The notes below the pieces were generated by a model. The model had not been told where the DNA came from. It was given only the letters and a program-made list of their open reading frames with translations, and did not search any database. Positions 35,895-50,083 of a DNA stretch of 64,000 nucleotides are shown piece after piece (position 1 is the stretch's first letter; each line of letters opens with the position of its first letter). Origin of the DNA: the human T2T-CHM13v2.0 reference genome, Homo sapiens. The translations under genes were made by a program, and so were the position numbers. The stretch is taken from the NCBI RefSeq assembly GCF_009914755.1, contig NC_060933.1. One strand, 5' to 3'.

Positions 35895-38800
35895 GTCTAT
35901 TCAGATTTTCTGTCCTTTTGAATCAGCTTCAATAATTTGTTTTCTATGAGTTTGTCTGTTTCCTGGTTATCTAATTTGTTGGCATATCATTGTTCACAGT
36001 ATTTCTCTATAATCCTTTGAAATATGTTCTGTAAGCTTGATAGTATTGCCTCCTCTTTCATTTCTGATTTTAGTAATTTTAATTTCCTCTCTTCCCCATA
36101 CCCTTTTTGGTTGGTCTAGCTAAAATTTTGTCAATTTTTTCTATGTTTTCAATAACCAACTTTGGTTATATTTGTTTTTTTCTGTTGTCTTTGTATTCTC
36201 TACTTCATTTATTTCCCTCAAATCTTTATTTTCATCCTTCTGCTTGTTTTGAGTTTAATTTACTCTTCTTTTTCTAGTTTATTAAGATGGATGTATACAT
36301 ACATATTGATTTAAAATTATTCTCCTTTTTAATGTAGGTGTTCATAGACATACATTTCTCTCTTTGCACTCTTTACACTGCATCCTATAAATTTGGCATG
36401 TTGTACTTTCATTTCCATTCATCTCAAAGTTTTCTCTAATTTTCTTTATAATAGCTTCTTTCACTCATTGACTGTTTAGGAGTGTGTCATTGAAAATACA
36501 TGTATTTATGTATTTCCTAAATTTCCTTCTGTTATTACTTTCTAATTTCACTCCATTGTGGTTATGAAATATATTTTAGGAAATATATTTTGTATCATTT
36601 CAATTAAAATTATTGATATTGTTTTAATATATATTGGGACCATATAACATATGATCTATTCTAGAGAATGTTCCATGTGCACTTAAAAGGAATGCATATT
36701 CTGCTCTTATTGGGTAGAGTGTTCTATAGACGTTTGTTAGTCCAAATTAGTTTATGATGTTGTTCAAGTCCTATGTTTCCTTACTGATCATCTGTGTGGT
36801 TGTTCTATCCATTATTGAAAATGGAGTATTGAAATCTTCATCTATCTCTCTCTTCAGTTCTGTCATGTTTTGCTACATGTATTTTGGAACTATGTTGTTA
36901 ATCCCAAATGGCAGGTAAGTCCCATATATACTTATACTTGTTATAGCTTCTTGATGGAATGACTCTTTTATCATTGTAATATATCCATCCTCGTCCCTAG
37001 TAACATCTTTTTCCTTATAGTCTATTTTGTTTTATATTACTGTAGCCATTTCAACTCTGTTTTTGCTACTGTTTGCATGGCATACCCTTTTCCATCCTTT
37101 AATTTCAGTCTATTTGTGCTTTTGAAATTAAGGTGTATCTCCTGTAGACAGCATATAAAAGTATCATGTCATTCTTTTATCTTTTTTTCTAGTGTCTTCC
37201 TTGTTCTTGAAGTATTCAGTTCATTTATATTTAAAGTAAATATTGATAAGTAGAATTTACATCTGCCATTTTGCTATTTGTTTTCCACATTCTTTATACT
37301 TACTTTGGTTCTCAATCTCTCCATTATTGCCATCTATTTTGTCAATAGATACTTTCTAGTGTATAATTTTGATTTTCTTGGGTTTTCTACTGCATTTTTG
37401 AAATATATTTTTAATAGTTACACTGTGGTTTCCAATTATCAACTTACACAAATCTAGTGTGAAATATTATCAACTTAATTCCAATATTATTTAGTTTTTG
37501 TTCCTCTATAGGTAGCTTCTTTGTTTCTCATTTTCTTTATGGTGTTACAATACTAACTAAATTTTTGTATATGCCCATTCACACAGATTTATTACTATTT
37601 TTCCTTATGTAGTTGTCTTTTAAATCAAAGGGGACCAAAATATTGACAAATAAAAAAAGATGTATTCTGTCTTTTACATTTGACCAATGCAGTTACCTTT
37701 ACGAGTCCTCTTAATTCTTCATGTGTATTTGAGTTTTTCTCCAGTATTTTCTCATTTCAGCCTCAAATTCTCTCTAGGATTTCTTGTAGGATGGGTGTCC
37801 CAATGAAGAATACCTCAGTTTTTGTTTATGCAAGACTCTCTTAATGTGTCTGTCATTTTTAAGAAGTATTTTTCTGGATGTAGAGTTCTTGATTAAGAGC
37901 TGACTTATTTCAGCACTTTGAATTTGTCTTGCTGTTGACTGCTGATCTTCATGGTTTCTCATGAAAAATCAGCTGTAAATCATTATGAAGTTACCTGTAC
38001 ATGATGTGTCACTTCTCTTTTGCTGCTTAAGATTCTCTATTTGTCTTTTTCTTTTGACAGTTCGAATGATGTGTCCAGGGGTGAATGTCTTTGAATTTAT
38101 CCTACTTGAAATTTGTTGAATTTCTTAGATATGAAGATTTGTGTCTTATAAGAAATTTGAGAAGTTTTTGGATACTATTTCTTCGAACACTTTTCTGCCC
38201 CCTTTCTCTCTACCCACTTATTGGGACTCCCATTTTGTGTATGTTGATATCCTTAGTGATATCCCACAGGTCCCTGAGGCTCTGTTCATTTTCCTTTTTT
38301 CCTTTTCTTTTTGTTCTTCAAACTGGATAATTTCAATTGGTTTGTTTTTGTGTATGCTCATTCTTTCTTCTGCCGGCTCAAATTTGCTCTTGAGCCCATC
38401 TAGTAAAATTTTTATTTTGGTTATTATTCTTTTTAACTCCAGAATTTCTATTCTGTTCTATTTTTGTAATTTCTCCTCATTTACTAATATTCTCTTTGGT
38501 GAGAAATTATTTTAATACTCTTCTTTAGTCCATAAAATGGTCTTATTTAATTCTTTTAACATGTTTAAAGTAGCTGAATTAAAGTATTTGCCTAGTAAGT
38601 CTAATGTTTGCTCTTCCTCAGGGACAGTTTCTATTGATTAAATTTTCCTTCTCTGTATAAGCCATACTTTCTTACTTTCTTGCTTTTGTATCTCTCTTAA
38701 TTTTGTCAAAAATTGCTCATTCTAATTACTATAATTCTATTAATATATTAATATTAACATAACTCTGAAGATAAAATTTTTCCTCCATCTCTGGAGTTCA

Positions 38801-40391
38801 TTACTATTGTTTATTTTTGTTTCTGCTGCTTTTTTCTTTAGTAATTTTCCTAAACTAATTCTGTTAAGTCTGTATAGTCAGTCATGTGTGGCCACTGATA
38901 TCTCTGTTGAGTTAGCTTAATAATCAGCTAATGACTGGACAGAGATATCCTTAAATGCCTGAAACCAAAATGTCTCCCAGTCTTCGCTGATGGGCTCTAT
39001 ATCTACGTTGGGGCATAACTTCACACTCAACTAGGCAATTTACAATTCTTCCTTAGCCTTCATTTCCTGTTTGTGCAGAACCTCAAGATTAGCTACATGT
39101 GAGAACTTAGGGTCTTCACTGGCATTTCCTGTACACATGCATAGCTCTGTGTATACACACAGCCCTAAGTGTGCACATAGCCTTCTCAATTACCAGGAAT
39201 ATGTCAGATCTTTTTAAAGTTCTCTATGGACATATTTACCCCAGATTTTTCTTTTCTTTTTTTTAAGGTTTTTTTTTTTTGCTTGTTGTTTGCCCAATTG
39301 TTACAGCTGCAGGCAGCTGCCACTGATTGTTTTTAACAGGTGTTTAGGTTGTGGGTACAGAGGGTGTGGGGGTGTGTTTACACTAAGTAAGCTCTTAATT
39401 AGGTTAAAGACAAGCCTTGCAAGTAAAGTTTTCCATAGGATTGCCATACATGCCAAATAATGACAATTCCCTGAGAACAGGGCAGTGAAAGAGCTTCTAC
39501 CCCATTCCAACCCCTCCATTGGCTGCTAGAATGTTGGTTTTCACAGTAATTGCCAGCTGTTGATTTTCAAGGCTATCACAGAAGTGGACAGTTGAGAATA
39601 GGTCAAATTAAATACCAAAAAGTAGTTATTCTTACTAACATTCAGCTTTGTTTTTTGAGTAAACATTCCTCAATTTTTGTAAGTCTGAAGTTAATTTCTA
39701 GAGTTCTGAAAAAGTTGATTTTGACTTTTTTTTTTTTTTTCTTGCCAGTGTTCTTGTTGGTTTTATGGAGGAAAGGATTTTTGGAGGTCCTTTACTTACT
39801 TCACATGCCAAATGTCCTTCTGGCCTGTACTTTTGAATGACATTTCACTAGATGGATGTGAAATTTGGGGTTGGTAGTTATTTTCATTTAGCACATTAAA
39901 GATATCATTCCTTTTTCTTCTGAGTCCTACTGTTTGAATAGAAAATTTAGTTGCTTTTTTGCTGTTGTTGTTGTTGTTGTTGTACTTTTGCTCCTTTGAT
40001 GGTGATATATTTTTTTTCTTCTGGGTGCCTTTGAGATTTTTGTATATGTCCAGTTTTCAGGAGCTTCAGTATGCCCAGGTGTGATTTTCTTGGTGATTAA
40101 TATTTATAGAACTTTTAGAATCTGGGGTTTGATGTTTTCTACCTGTTTGGAAATTTTCAGCCACCACCACTTGAGCTACTTCTTCTAACTTGTTGTCTTT
40201 CTCTTTCCCTTCTGGATCTCCAGGTTCCTTCATATTCACCCTTTGCATAAGGTTCTGTACATCTCTAATGCTATTTTCTGTACTTTCCATATATTTTGTT
40301 TGCATGCTTCAGTCTAGATATTTTCTACTGACTTTCTTCAGCTCACTAAATCTCTCTTTAACTCTGATCAATTTCCTTTTATAACCATGTA

Positions 40392-40707
40392 CAGTCATCC
40401 CTAAGTATCCACAGGAAATTGCTTACAGGACCTCCTGTGGATACCAAAATCCACAGATGTTTAAGTCCCTTATGTAAAATGGCACAGTATTTGCACATAA
40501 ACTATGCACATCCTCTTGCATACTTTATCTCTCGATTACTTATAATACCTAATAAAATGTAAATGCCATGTAAATAGTTGATATGCTGCATATTTTATTT
40601 GGATTATGTTTGTTGTTGTATTGTTATTTTTTTTTGTTTTCAAATATTTTTGATCTGTGGTTGGTTGAATTCATGATGCAGAATCCATGGATAGGGTGGG
40701 CCAACTG
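40392..40707. mobile_element. MER2 (TcMar-Tigger MITE)
   Basis: cagtcatccctaagtatcca...tggatagggtgggccaactg terminal inverted repeats, TA on both sides. Confidence 0.9.
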
Positions 40708-41327
40708 TATTGAGTTCCTATTTGCTGTTACCATATTTTTCATTTCTTTAACATCCATTAAACTCTTTTTCTTATATTAAAGTTCTTTTCTGAGGTATTT
40801 CACATTCTCTATTTTCTGAAATGTGTAACTTACTTATTTAAAAATACATTTCTGATTATATCAATATCTAGGTCTCTTTGGATTTGTTTGTGTTGTTTCT
40901 GTTTTCTCTTCTTCTTATTTCTTGGTATGCTGGTAATTCTGACTAAATATTGAACATTATGATGAAAAATTGTGGAGGCTTTGCATAATGTCATCTTCCT
41001 CCAGAGTGGATTCATTCTTTATTCTGGCAGACAGCAGAAAGTCAGATCAACTCAATCTAAGTTTCAGACTGTCCTGACTCAAAGCTGGTTTGCAGTCTTT
41101 GTAAGGATCATTCTACTTCTCGTTTTCTTCCACTCATCCACCTTCAGTGGATTCAACACACAGCCTGGAGCTTCCTAAGCCCTTTCCAACTTTGCATGTC
41201 ATGAACTTTAATTTTTCCTCCCCAGCAAAAAGGGATAATGTTTTCTTATGCCTTTCAGCCATCTTAATCTTAACATTTTAGCCTTTTGTCTTTCTTAGAT
41301 TAAGCAAGTGACTCAAGAAGAAAATGA

Positions 41328-41663
<336 letters not shown>

Positions 41664-42964
41664 TCTCTGTCCTACATTTCAGATCCTTAATATCTGGCTG
41701 CTTTGGCAGCCTTGAACTTCAAGTTTTGTCTTCCCATGCTCATGAGACTGCCTAAAGCACTCCCATGTCTTAGCAACTAAATTTTGCCTTCCTTCCTAGG
41801 CCATCATCCCATGCCAGGGCTCAACAAGTGCTGTAGGATATATCAACAGGCAGAATTTGAGCTCATTTCAATGAGCTTTCCTTTGGTGTATAATCTGGGT
41901 CCTTCAGTCCTTTTTGTCACAGTGGCATGCTGCTGTCTACAAACAGATGTTTTGTATTTTGAGGGCTTTAAAAGTTTTTCTCAGTGGGAAAAGTGGTATG
42001 CTATGAGCTACAGCGTCAAGAAGCAGCAGAATTTTCCTTGTCAACCTTTTAACATACAATTCTTATCAAAGGTTGCTTTCTTTCAAATATGATTATGACT
42101 AAAGTGTACCCATTTAAGTTGTTTCAAAAAAGAAAACTTGTACTTTCAAACATGTCATAACTTCATAATTTTAGAATTTGTTTTTCCTGGAGGAAATTCT
42201 CCATTTTAAATTTTGGGCCAAGGGAGATATTTTAGAACACAAAATTTATGTCAATTTAGCCTGCTGTTTTTTATATATTCCATGGTTTGTAAATATGATG
42301 AATGTGTATGTATGCACACATATATAGAGAAAGCTGAGATATCAATACAGAATAAAACTTTTCAAATAAAAATAATGCAGAAGCAGCTGCTGTTCTCTAA
42401 ATAAAAGAAACAATAAGCTTGATTTTAATTTTTAATTTATTTTCATGTAATTTTATGGCTTTCAACACTTCCTTATTCTGTCGTTAAATTCTCAGTTTTT
42501 ATAGTTTAATGGTATATTCTCTGTAGTGCAGGCATTATATAGCTCTTTTTCTGTAGCTATTCATCTATATTCATAATACTTATAATTAGGAAATTGTTAG
42601 AAGACGTTTTCAGTATGAAGGGAATCAAGTTGAAAATTATGTAGGAATAAGAAGGGAGAGACCAAAAATTGGATGAAATGAGTCACTTATCAAGAAGAGT
42701 AAAACAGTGTTTCCAAACTATAATGTGATCAGAAAGAACCATAATCTTTGGAAACTATGAAATTAATATTGTTAAAGAAATTTTTGATCCTCCAAATTTT
42801 AAAATGTCCAGGAAAACAGATACTGTGATGAAAAACATAATAAGGTCATTAAGTTTGGGTTAATTGGTGTCTTAGCTACTGACATGATTAATGCAAGGGA
42901 TTCTGAAAGTCATACAAAATTATACAATATAGAAGAAAGCAATTTATTTTACAGAGAATCTTTT

Positions 42965-43750
42965 TATTCAATAGTTTTTAATTCTCCACTGAAATTCTCT
43001 TTACTTTGCTATTCTTGAACATATTAAGCACAGCTATTTTAAAGTTTGTGTCTGTTATCTCTATCTGATTAGAATCCTTGTAGGTCTGCTCCTCTGGGAT
43101 CTTTTTCTCTGGATTTTCAATCACACTGTCTTGTCCTCTCATATACTGAGTTTTGATTGAATGCTGGACATTGTATATAAAAAATTGAAGAGATAAATTG
43201 ACTTTCGTTAAAGGCATCTTCCTTTTGAAAAGAATTACATTTGCATCTGGACATAAAAAAATATATATATTGTTTGACAGAGGAACTAGCCATCCCAGGT
43301 CACATTAGTCCAATCAAAAACTGAGATGATGCCAAGATAAGTTTTAGACTTTGCTAGGATTGTTTTATTTCTGGCTTACCTTGCCTCTAGGGAGTATGTG
43401 GCCCTTCGGAATCCTAACTGAAAACTTGGAGAGTTGTCCAGGGACCCATTACCTACATTGCCAAGGCCCGAATTCTAATTTTTATCTCTGTAGACCTGTG
43501 AGAGTTTGGTTATGCAGGTCAACAAGTTGGCTTCTTAACTATCTTATTAGAAACTGGAAGAAACCCAGAAGAAAAGCAACCTGAAATGCTGGGTTCAACT
43601 TTCTAGATTTTCTTCTTTTCTTGGATCGTGGCATTGTAATTCTTCATGGAAAGGTTACTTCTCCATTGCCTTCAAAGAGATTTTTAATCTTGTTCATATT
43701 TTCAATGGGAGATTTGGTATAAAATGCCTAGGGTATCATTACTGCAATAG
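42965..43750 (-). mobile_element. L1ME-type 5' region fragment
   Basis: ttcttgaacatattaagcacagctattttaaagtttgtgtctg...gaatgctggacattgtat. Confidence 0.65.
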
Positions 43751-46700
43751 AACACCCTAGAATTATTTAAGTGGGAATATCAGTTATTTTTTTCCTGCCA
43801 CCTGAGAATGTGAAATTAGTCTACCCATGTCAATCATTGTAGAGAACAACCTGGATTCTATTCTACTCATTTTATTACATTGGATTTTTAAAATTAGATA
43901 AGAAAAATATATATCTACTCTACTATACTAAGTAATATAAAATATATTAATAAAAGCAATAATTTCTCTCCTCATTTCCTCACATCCTTGACTAACCTCT
44001 ACTCCTTAAAATAGCAAATCTTCAGTATGTATAACTCTATATTTACCTTTACATATACATACACAAGCTTATATACATATATGTATTTTTTATAAAAGGA
44101 TTATAGCATAACCATTGTGCTAATTTATTTTAATAACTTTCTATATAAATTATTCAGTCTGCATTTAAAAATTGGATCCAGAGTTTCATCAATTTTTGGT
44201 AGACACAGTAATTCCATAAAATAAGAACAAAATTAGATTTGTTTTCATTTTAGGGGAAAAATGCATTTTGTGTTCATTCATCTTTCATTGTTTTCTTTTA
44301 TTGGTTCTAAGGGGATAAAGTTTTTATAAGACCCTGATTTGAGTGGCTCCTAGGCTCTTTGTACATCCCATTTCAGGGACAGATGCATCTGTGAATGAGT
44401 AGGTATGCAGTCCTCTTTAAAGACTGCATCATCTTAGGCAAAATATGTTTGGTGGTTTAAGGCCAGCAGAAGAAACTACACGTACAAACACTCACCATAT
44501 ATATATGTATATGTATTATGTATAGACACATATATGTATATACATTTAAATCTAATATAAAATATTCATTATATAAGAAATAATATGATATACATTTATA
44601 ATCAATTTTAATTCTACATTATTCTTATATATACACATAGATACACATAAACACACACTATATGAAGACAAATGTTATCTTTATACATAAAATAAGTACA
44701 TTGTATTGTGTGAGTCTGCTATATTTTTAGAATACAGAAATCACTCTTCATCTACTTGGGAAAAGTTTTCATAACTGAAAAGAGGATTTTACCAGCACAT
44801 ATAAGTAGCTACTAGTACTATGTTAAATGGTTTTTTAAATTGTTAATGATAGCATTTCTTCAATATCATATATATGCTATGTATTTTGTTATGCACCTTG
44901 AGTGTAGTATTTTATTTAATACTTAAAATATCTTTATAGATTAGGTAATTTTTTTCATTTGCTATTTAACAGAAGAGGAAAGCAAGACAGAGAAGGTCAT
45001 TTATTTGTCCAAAATCACAGCCAGGATATTTGATACTCAAACTGTCCTTCGATTCTGAGCTCACTCCTGTCTACTCAATTATACTGTACTTCAGTTTGTT
45101 CAGTTGCATTGTGTTCACATTTTCTTTTTGATCTTGCAACTTCTCAGAATTTTGTTACTTGTTTCATTTTGTACTTTTGTACAAAGTTCCATTCTGCATT
45201 GTGTTGTAAAAAGGCAGGGTGAAGCAACGTCTGTTTTTTCCTTTAAGTGGAACAAATTCACTTGAGTGACATAAATTGTCTTATATCTCAAGGGTTTCTT
45301 GAATTTCTATCAGTTTAGGCTGATAGTTTAAAAGGGTACATGATTATTCTGTAGAAGTCCTCTTATTGAAAATGATTTCCCTAAGTATTTGGCCAGTTAA
45401 GCAGAAATTCCAATTAAAGCAGGGAATCATAATATATGATTCATACAGTAATACATACACACATATACACAATATCATGCAATGTATTCCTATATCTTAC
45501 ACATTTTATTTTAATGTGAACTATATACTTGTAGAGTTTTTGCCAATCAATCAATACACTTTGAGTTCTTATGTGGCATCAATCAAACCTCTTTTATTGC
45601 ACTGATTGGAATTTGGCATCATCAGTTAGGATATTATATTTGTTGTGTAGATCAAGCCCATAAGCCATTACATACATTTTCCAGATTTGGCTTATTTAAA
45701 GATTAATGACAATTTAAACACACTTGCAGAACAATTTAAAACAGGACACCTTATAATTTTCTTCCTCAAACTTAATGTTACAGCATTTTTAGTACTCATT
45801 TTTACTGAGATTTTACTAAGCATTCAACTTAGTTTTCAGAGAAATGACAATTTTTCTGAAATTCTTTTATTTTCCTCATATTTCGTCCCCTTAAAGGTAG
45901 CTGTAATAGGTTTAGGAAGAAACACTATACCTCTTGTTAAGCATGTAGCCGCATAGGTGGTAGGATACATGAGGAGTAGATGTGTCAGAGCTAGCCTCTG
46001 GTCTCTAGCAACCAGCATATCCTACACTGCATGTTACTCAAGGAGTAGAGTTTCCTTGTAAATGAATGGAGAGTCAGTTAAATGGAGTTTCATTTTACTG
46101 CAGTGCCTACCTTCTTTCCATCCATTACATTTCCAAAAGTAGGACTGGGAGAGATATCCAGGGTTATAAAAATGCATTCTCCTGTTGGCCCTATGTGATG
46201 GAATGCTATTTTAATCAAGGAGTGCTACAAAATATTTTCTGGATCTTACCTAAATAATTTTTATAAATATTTTCATTTAGTTTACTTCTCTAGCAATTGC
46301 TGAAATTGCTGATGCTGTTCCTGGAGATTGCTATCTATTTTACATTTTCTGTTTCAAAACTGTGTCTGCATTGTAGGCAATTCTCTGGCTACCCAAGAAA
46401 TTTAATATTTTATTATATCACAATTTTTTTATTAGATATTTCGTAATTCAAAGGTCAGATCTAACAAAATGATCTTTCTGACCAAACTGGCTAGCTAAAT
46501 TTAGCAACGAATTGATGGCTTTTCTTTTTTACGATGTCTTGTCTGATAATTGAAGTTTCTGAGTCAACCAGTTGTTTTGCCCTCACCTAGACATTGCCTA
46601 AGCAGGTTTATTTCACAGTCTGGTTACCAGGGTGCCTCGCTCACATAAACACATCTGGAGTTCACTTCAAATTCTTAAACTAAATACTAAAGTGTGCATT

Positions 46701-48024
46701 TGATCAGTGAAGTATTATCAACCCATAAATCTCCCCCTTTGCTGTAATCAGCGCTAGAGTTCTTTAAAACCATTGTCATACAAGCGTGAACCTGAATCCT
46801 TTCTCCTGGCCCATTTTGTATCTACAGGAAAAAATATAAATACATTAAAACACATTTCCCCAAACTTTTCTTGCTTCTTTAGGTTCCAGAAGTATCAAAA
46901 GAGTGGGGTGTAATTGAAATGAGCCCTGAGTGATTTGTTGCTAATGTCTTTTTAAGAAACCCATGGAAATCACAGTGACTTAAAATGAAACTCATGAATC
47001 TATTTTAAAGTTCACATAAATCTGAGATTTGAAGTTGAAGGTCACACAAAACATAAGAACTGGAAACCCTGGTGTTTCTTAGTGTGGTAGCTATTCTGAT
47101 TCTGTCATTTCTGTGTGATCAGGCTGACTTCTTTTGGAGCATTGCATTATGAAAGGACACCTAGTCTGTCAGTCAACTTCTGCATACTTTAGTAACATCT
47201 TAAAAATTCTTTAAGAAGTGATGGGTGAACATTTTGTGGCTTTTCATCCCTGATATACAACTTTTTCTTTTTTGATTTCTAAATACTGACTATTATGCAT
47301 TCAGGGTTTGAAAGAATATTTTCATTAAGCAGAGACTTCTTCACTCTGGCACAGGATATTGGCTTGTTCTACCATGAACATTACCTTTCCTAGCACTCCA
47401 GTCTTCCACCAGGTCCTTCTGCTGGGCACCCTCTTGGTATCATGCTCTCTTGTGGAGCATCCTGGCTCCTGGGAACCTGCCAGGGAACTATGGGCTGCAC
47501 TGAATGTGCTCACACATACTCTTCCACTAGGAGCCTCCAAACTGATTCCTTGGAGTCCTGGTGATGATAAACCTACATGGCCACCCATGGCAAAGTGAAA
47601 TAAAACATTTCTCCCCTGTTGGTTACAGTGTTTGGAAAATATCACATAGTATGGCTGCACCCAGATATATGCTAGGGTTTCAAAAGAAATTATTGTTTCA
47701 GTTTTCATCCCTCTCACTACTCCTCTTGTTGGGTCGGGAGACACTGTGAATGGCAGACATCATTCAGAAGTCTAAGTGTTGTGAATGGGCCAACTCATAA
47801 CCCTTTGTTCTGTTGCTGCTTAAGGTCACGTTCCCCCTAGGAGCCTCTTATTAATGATTGCTGCTACAAATAGATTTTTGTGGCTCACATCTCATTCATT
47901 TATTCCATAAATGGAGGTTTTGTTCTATTATATTTATTTATTTTTGTTGCTCTTGTTGTACTGTTTTCATTGGTTCCAATTTCACTTAACATGAGTCTTT
48001 TATTCCCAACAAATAATCTTGGCC

Positions 48025-48319
48025 TTTTATTTATTTATTTATTTTTTGAGATAGTCTCACTCTGTTGCCTAGGCAGGAGTACAGTGGCATGATCACTGCA
48101 GCCTCAACCCCCTCCCCGGTTCAAGCAATCCTCCCACCTCAGCCTCCTGAGTAGCACACCACCACGCTCAGCTAATTTTTGTGTGTGTGTGTATTTTTTT
48201 GTAAAGACAGAGTTTTGCCCTGTTGCCCAGGCTGGTCTCAAACTTCTGGGCTCAAGTGATCTGCTCGCTTCAGCCTCCCAAAGTGCTGAGATTACAGGTG
48301 TGTGTCACTGTGCCCAGCC
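48025..48319 (-). mobile_element. AluJ
   Basis: ctgcagcctcaacc and ctgggctcaagtgatc; TSD-like taatcttggc/tattcttggc. Confidence 0.9.
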
Positions 48320-48807
48320 TATTCTTGGCTTTGATTGCGCAAAACTCAATAGCTTACAAGACATGTCCATGTATATCAGTTCAGTGGTGAACTGAGCTTG
48401 GGTTCTCTCATGGACAACTCCTCAGCCTCTACTTCAATGTGTTTATGGAAGTCTGGGCCAACTATCTGCTGAACATGATGAGTTATATACAAATCCCACT
48501 AAGACACAAATCTGGACACTTCCCCACTTTGCCACATTAATACTAGGTGTAAAGGTTATGAATTATTACCTGATTTTTACAGTTGAGTACACTTGGCCTT
48601 AAAGAGTTTACAGAAGTTGTTCAGGGCCTCACATCCAGTGAGAGGTAGTACAGATTCCAAAGCCAGACCATATCTACTGCATCTTGTTATTCTATTAAAT
48701 CTGTGATATGGCATAAAAATCTAGCATTTCCTGGAGAAAACTCTTCTAGAAAGAGGTAGGAGAAATGATCTCCATCCTCTTTGTTTACTCTCTCATTCAT
48801 CAGGAAG

Positions 48808-50083
48808 TGATTATGTGATATTTTATAGGTTTTTGTTCATGGTTCCTGGCTTATAACTCCTACAGCCCTAGTTATAATATTGTGGTCCTTTAGCCTTCAG
48901 AAGCAGGTCTCAGGAAACAGCATCTCTTTCTCTGACCTTCTTCTGCCCTCCTTTCACCTGCCCAAGGCAGGACTCTATCTGACTGTCATCATTACATCTG
49001 AATCTATCATTCCAAAGAGAATCCTGCCCCATACCCCAGAGAAAGGCATGCTGCACAGAGAGGCCAAGAAGAATCTGAACACACAGGCCTCACTGGGTTT
49101 AGATCACACCCTTTTTGTCCAATCACATTTCTACATGGTTGTCAATTATGGAAAACAAATAAAATCTTCATGAAAGGCCTAAAAGACAGGGTTCAGAGAG
49201 CTTCTGGAGAGCTGAATACATGGAGGTTCCTAGACGGTGGCACACCCAGATATGGTTTGCCTGTGTCCCCGCCCAAATCTCATGTTGAACTGTAGCTCCC
49301 ATAATCCCCACATGTCATGGGAGGGACCAGCTGGAAGGTAATTGAATGATGGGGGTGGGTTTTTCACATGTTGTTCTCGTGATAGTAAGTAAGTCTCACG
49401 AGATCTGATGGCTTTATAAAGGGCAGTTCCCCTACATACACTTTCTTGCCTGCCACCATGTAAGACACGACTTTGCTCCTCCTTTGCCTTCCATTATGAT
49501 TGTGAGGCCTCCCCAGCCACATGAAACTGTGAGTCCATTAAAACTCTTTTTCTTTAAACAAATTACATAGTCTCAGGTATGTCTTTATTAGCAGTGTGAG
49601 AACAGACCCAGGTAGGACATAAAAGCTCTGTACCCCTTCCCCATTACCTTACCTTATGCATTTCTTCATCTGGATCCTTTGTGATAGCCTTTATAATAAA
49701 GCAATAAACATAAAGCAAGTGTTACCTTGAGTTTTGTGAGTTGCTCTAACAAATTAGTTGAACCCAAAGAAGGGTCACAGGAACCCCAACTTATAGCCAG
49801 TCAGAAGTTCTGGAGGCCCAAACTTGTGACTGAAGTGTCTGAAGGCAGGAGGCAGTTTTGGGGACTGAGCCCTCAACCTGTGGGATCTGACACTCTTCTC
49901 TAGGCGGGTAGGGTCAGAACTGAATTGGAAGAAACCCAGCTGGTATCTACTGCAGAACTGATTGCTTTCTTGCTGGTAGGGAGAAATCACGACATGTTTT
50001 GTGGTCACAGATGTCTGTGTTGATGGTTGTTGTTCTTTTGGTAAGAGAGTAGAGGAAAATTGGTTTGGGAGTTTTTTCCAACA
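48808..50083 (+). mobile_element. MER21A-like LTR split by THE1
   Basis: ttcagagagcttctggagagctgaatacatggaggttcc...gggactgagccctcaacctgtgggatctgac. Confidence 0.8.
49249..49605 (+). mobile_element. THE1B/C solo LTR nested in MER21
   Basis: gatatggtttgcctgtgtccccgcccaaatctc...ttagcagtgtgagaacag; ACCCA repeated at 49244-49248 and 49606-49610. Confidence 0.9.

Larger units (their letters stand above)
34663..39830 (-). mobile_element. Large old L1 block (L1MB/MD 3' end joined to ORF2-5', ORF1 and 5' segments), split by MLT2
   Basis: cagctttattgagatacaattcacatacc 3' end; catttggtagaattcaccagtgaagccatctg and ctagagaatgttccatgtgcactt are ORF2 antisense hallmarks. Confidence 0.85.

Noticed and set aside
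38738-38753. 16-bp palindrome TATTAATATATTAATA
   Set aside because: AT-only, low complexity, inside an old L1; expected by chance or slippage
45995-46013. Isolated RFX half-sites (TAGCAAC; also ~18082 and ~56285)
   Set aside because: Several such 7-mers are expected by chance in 64 kb
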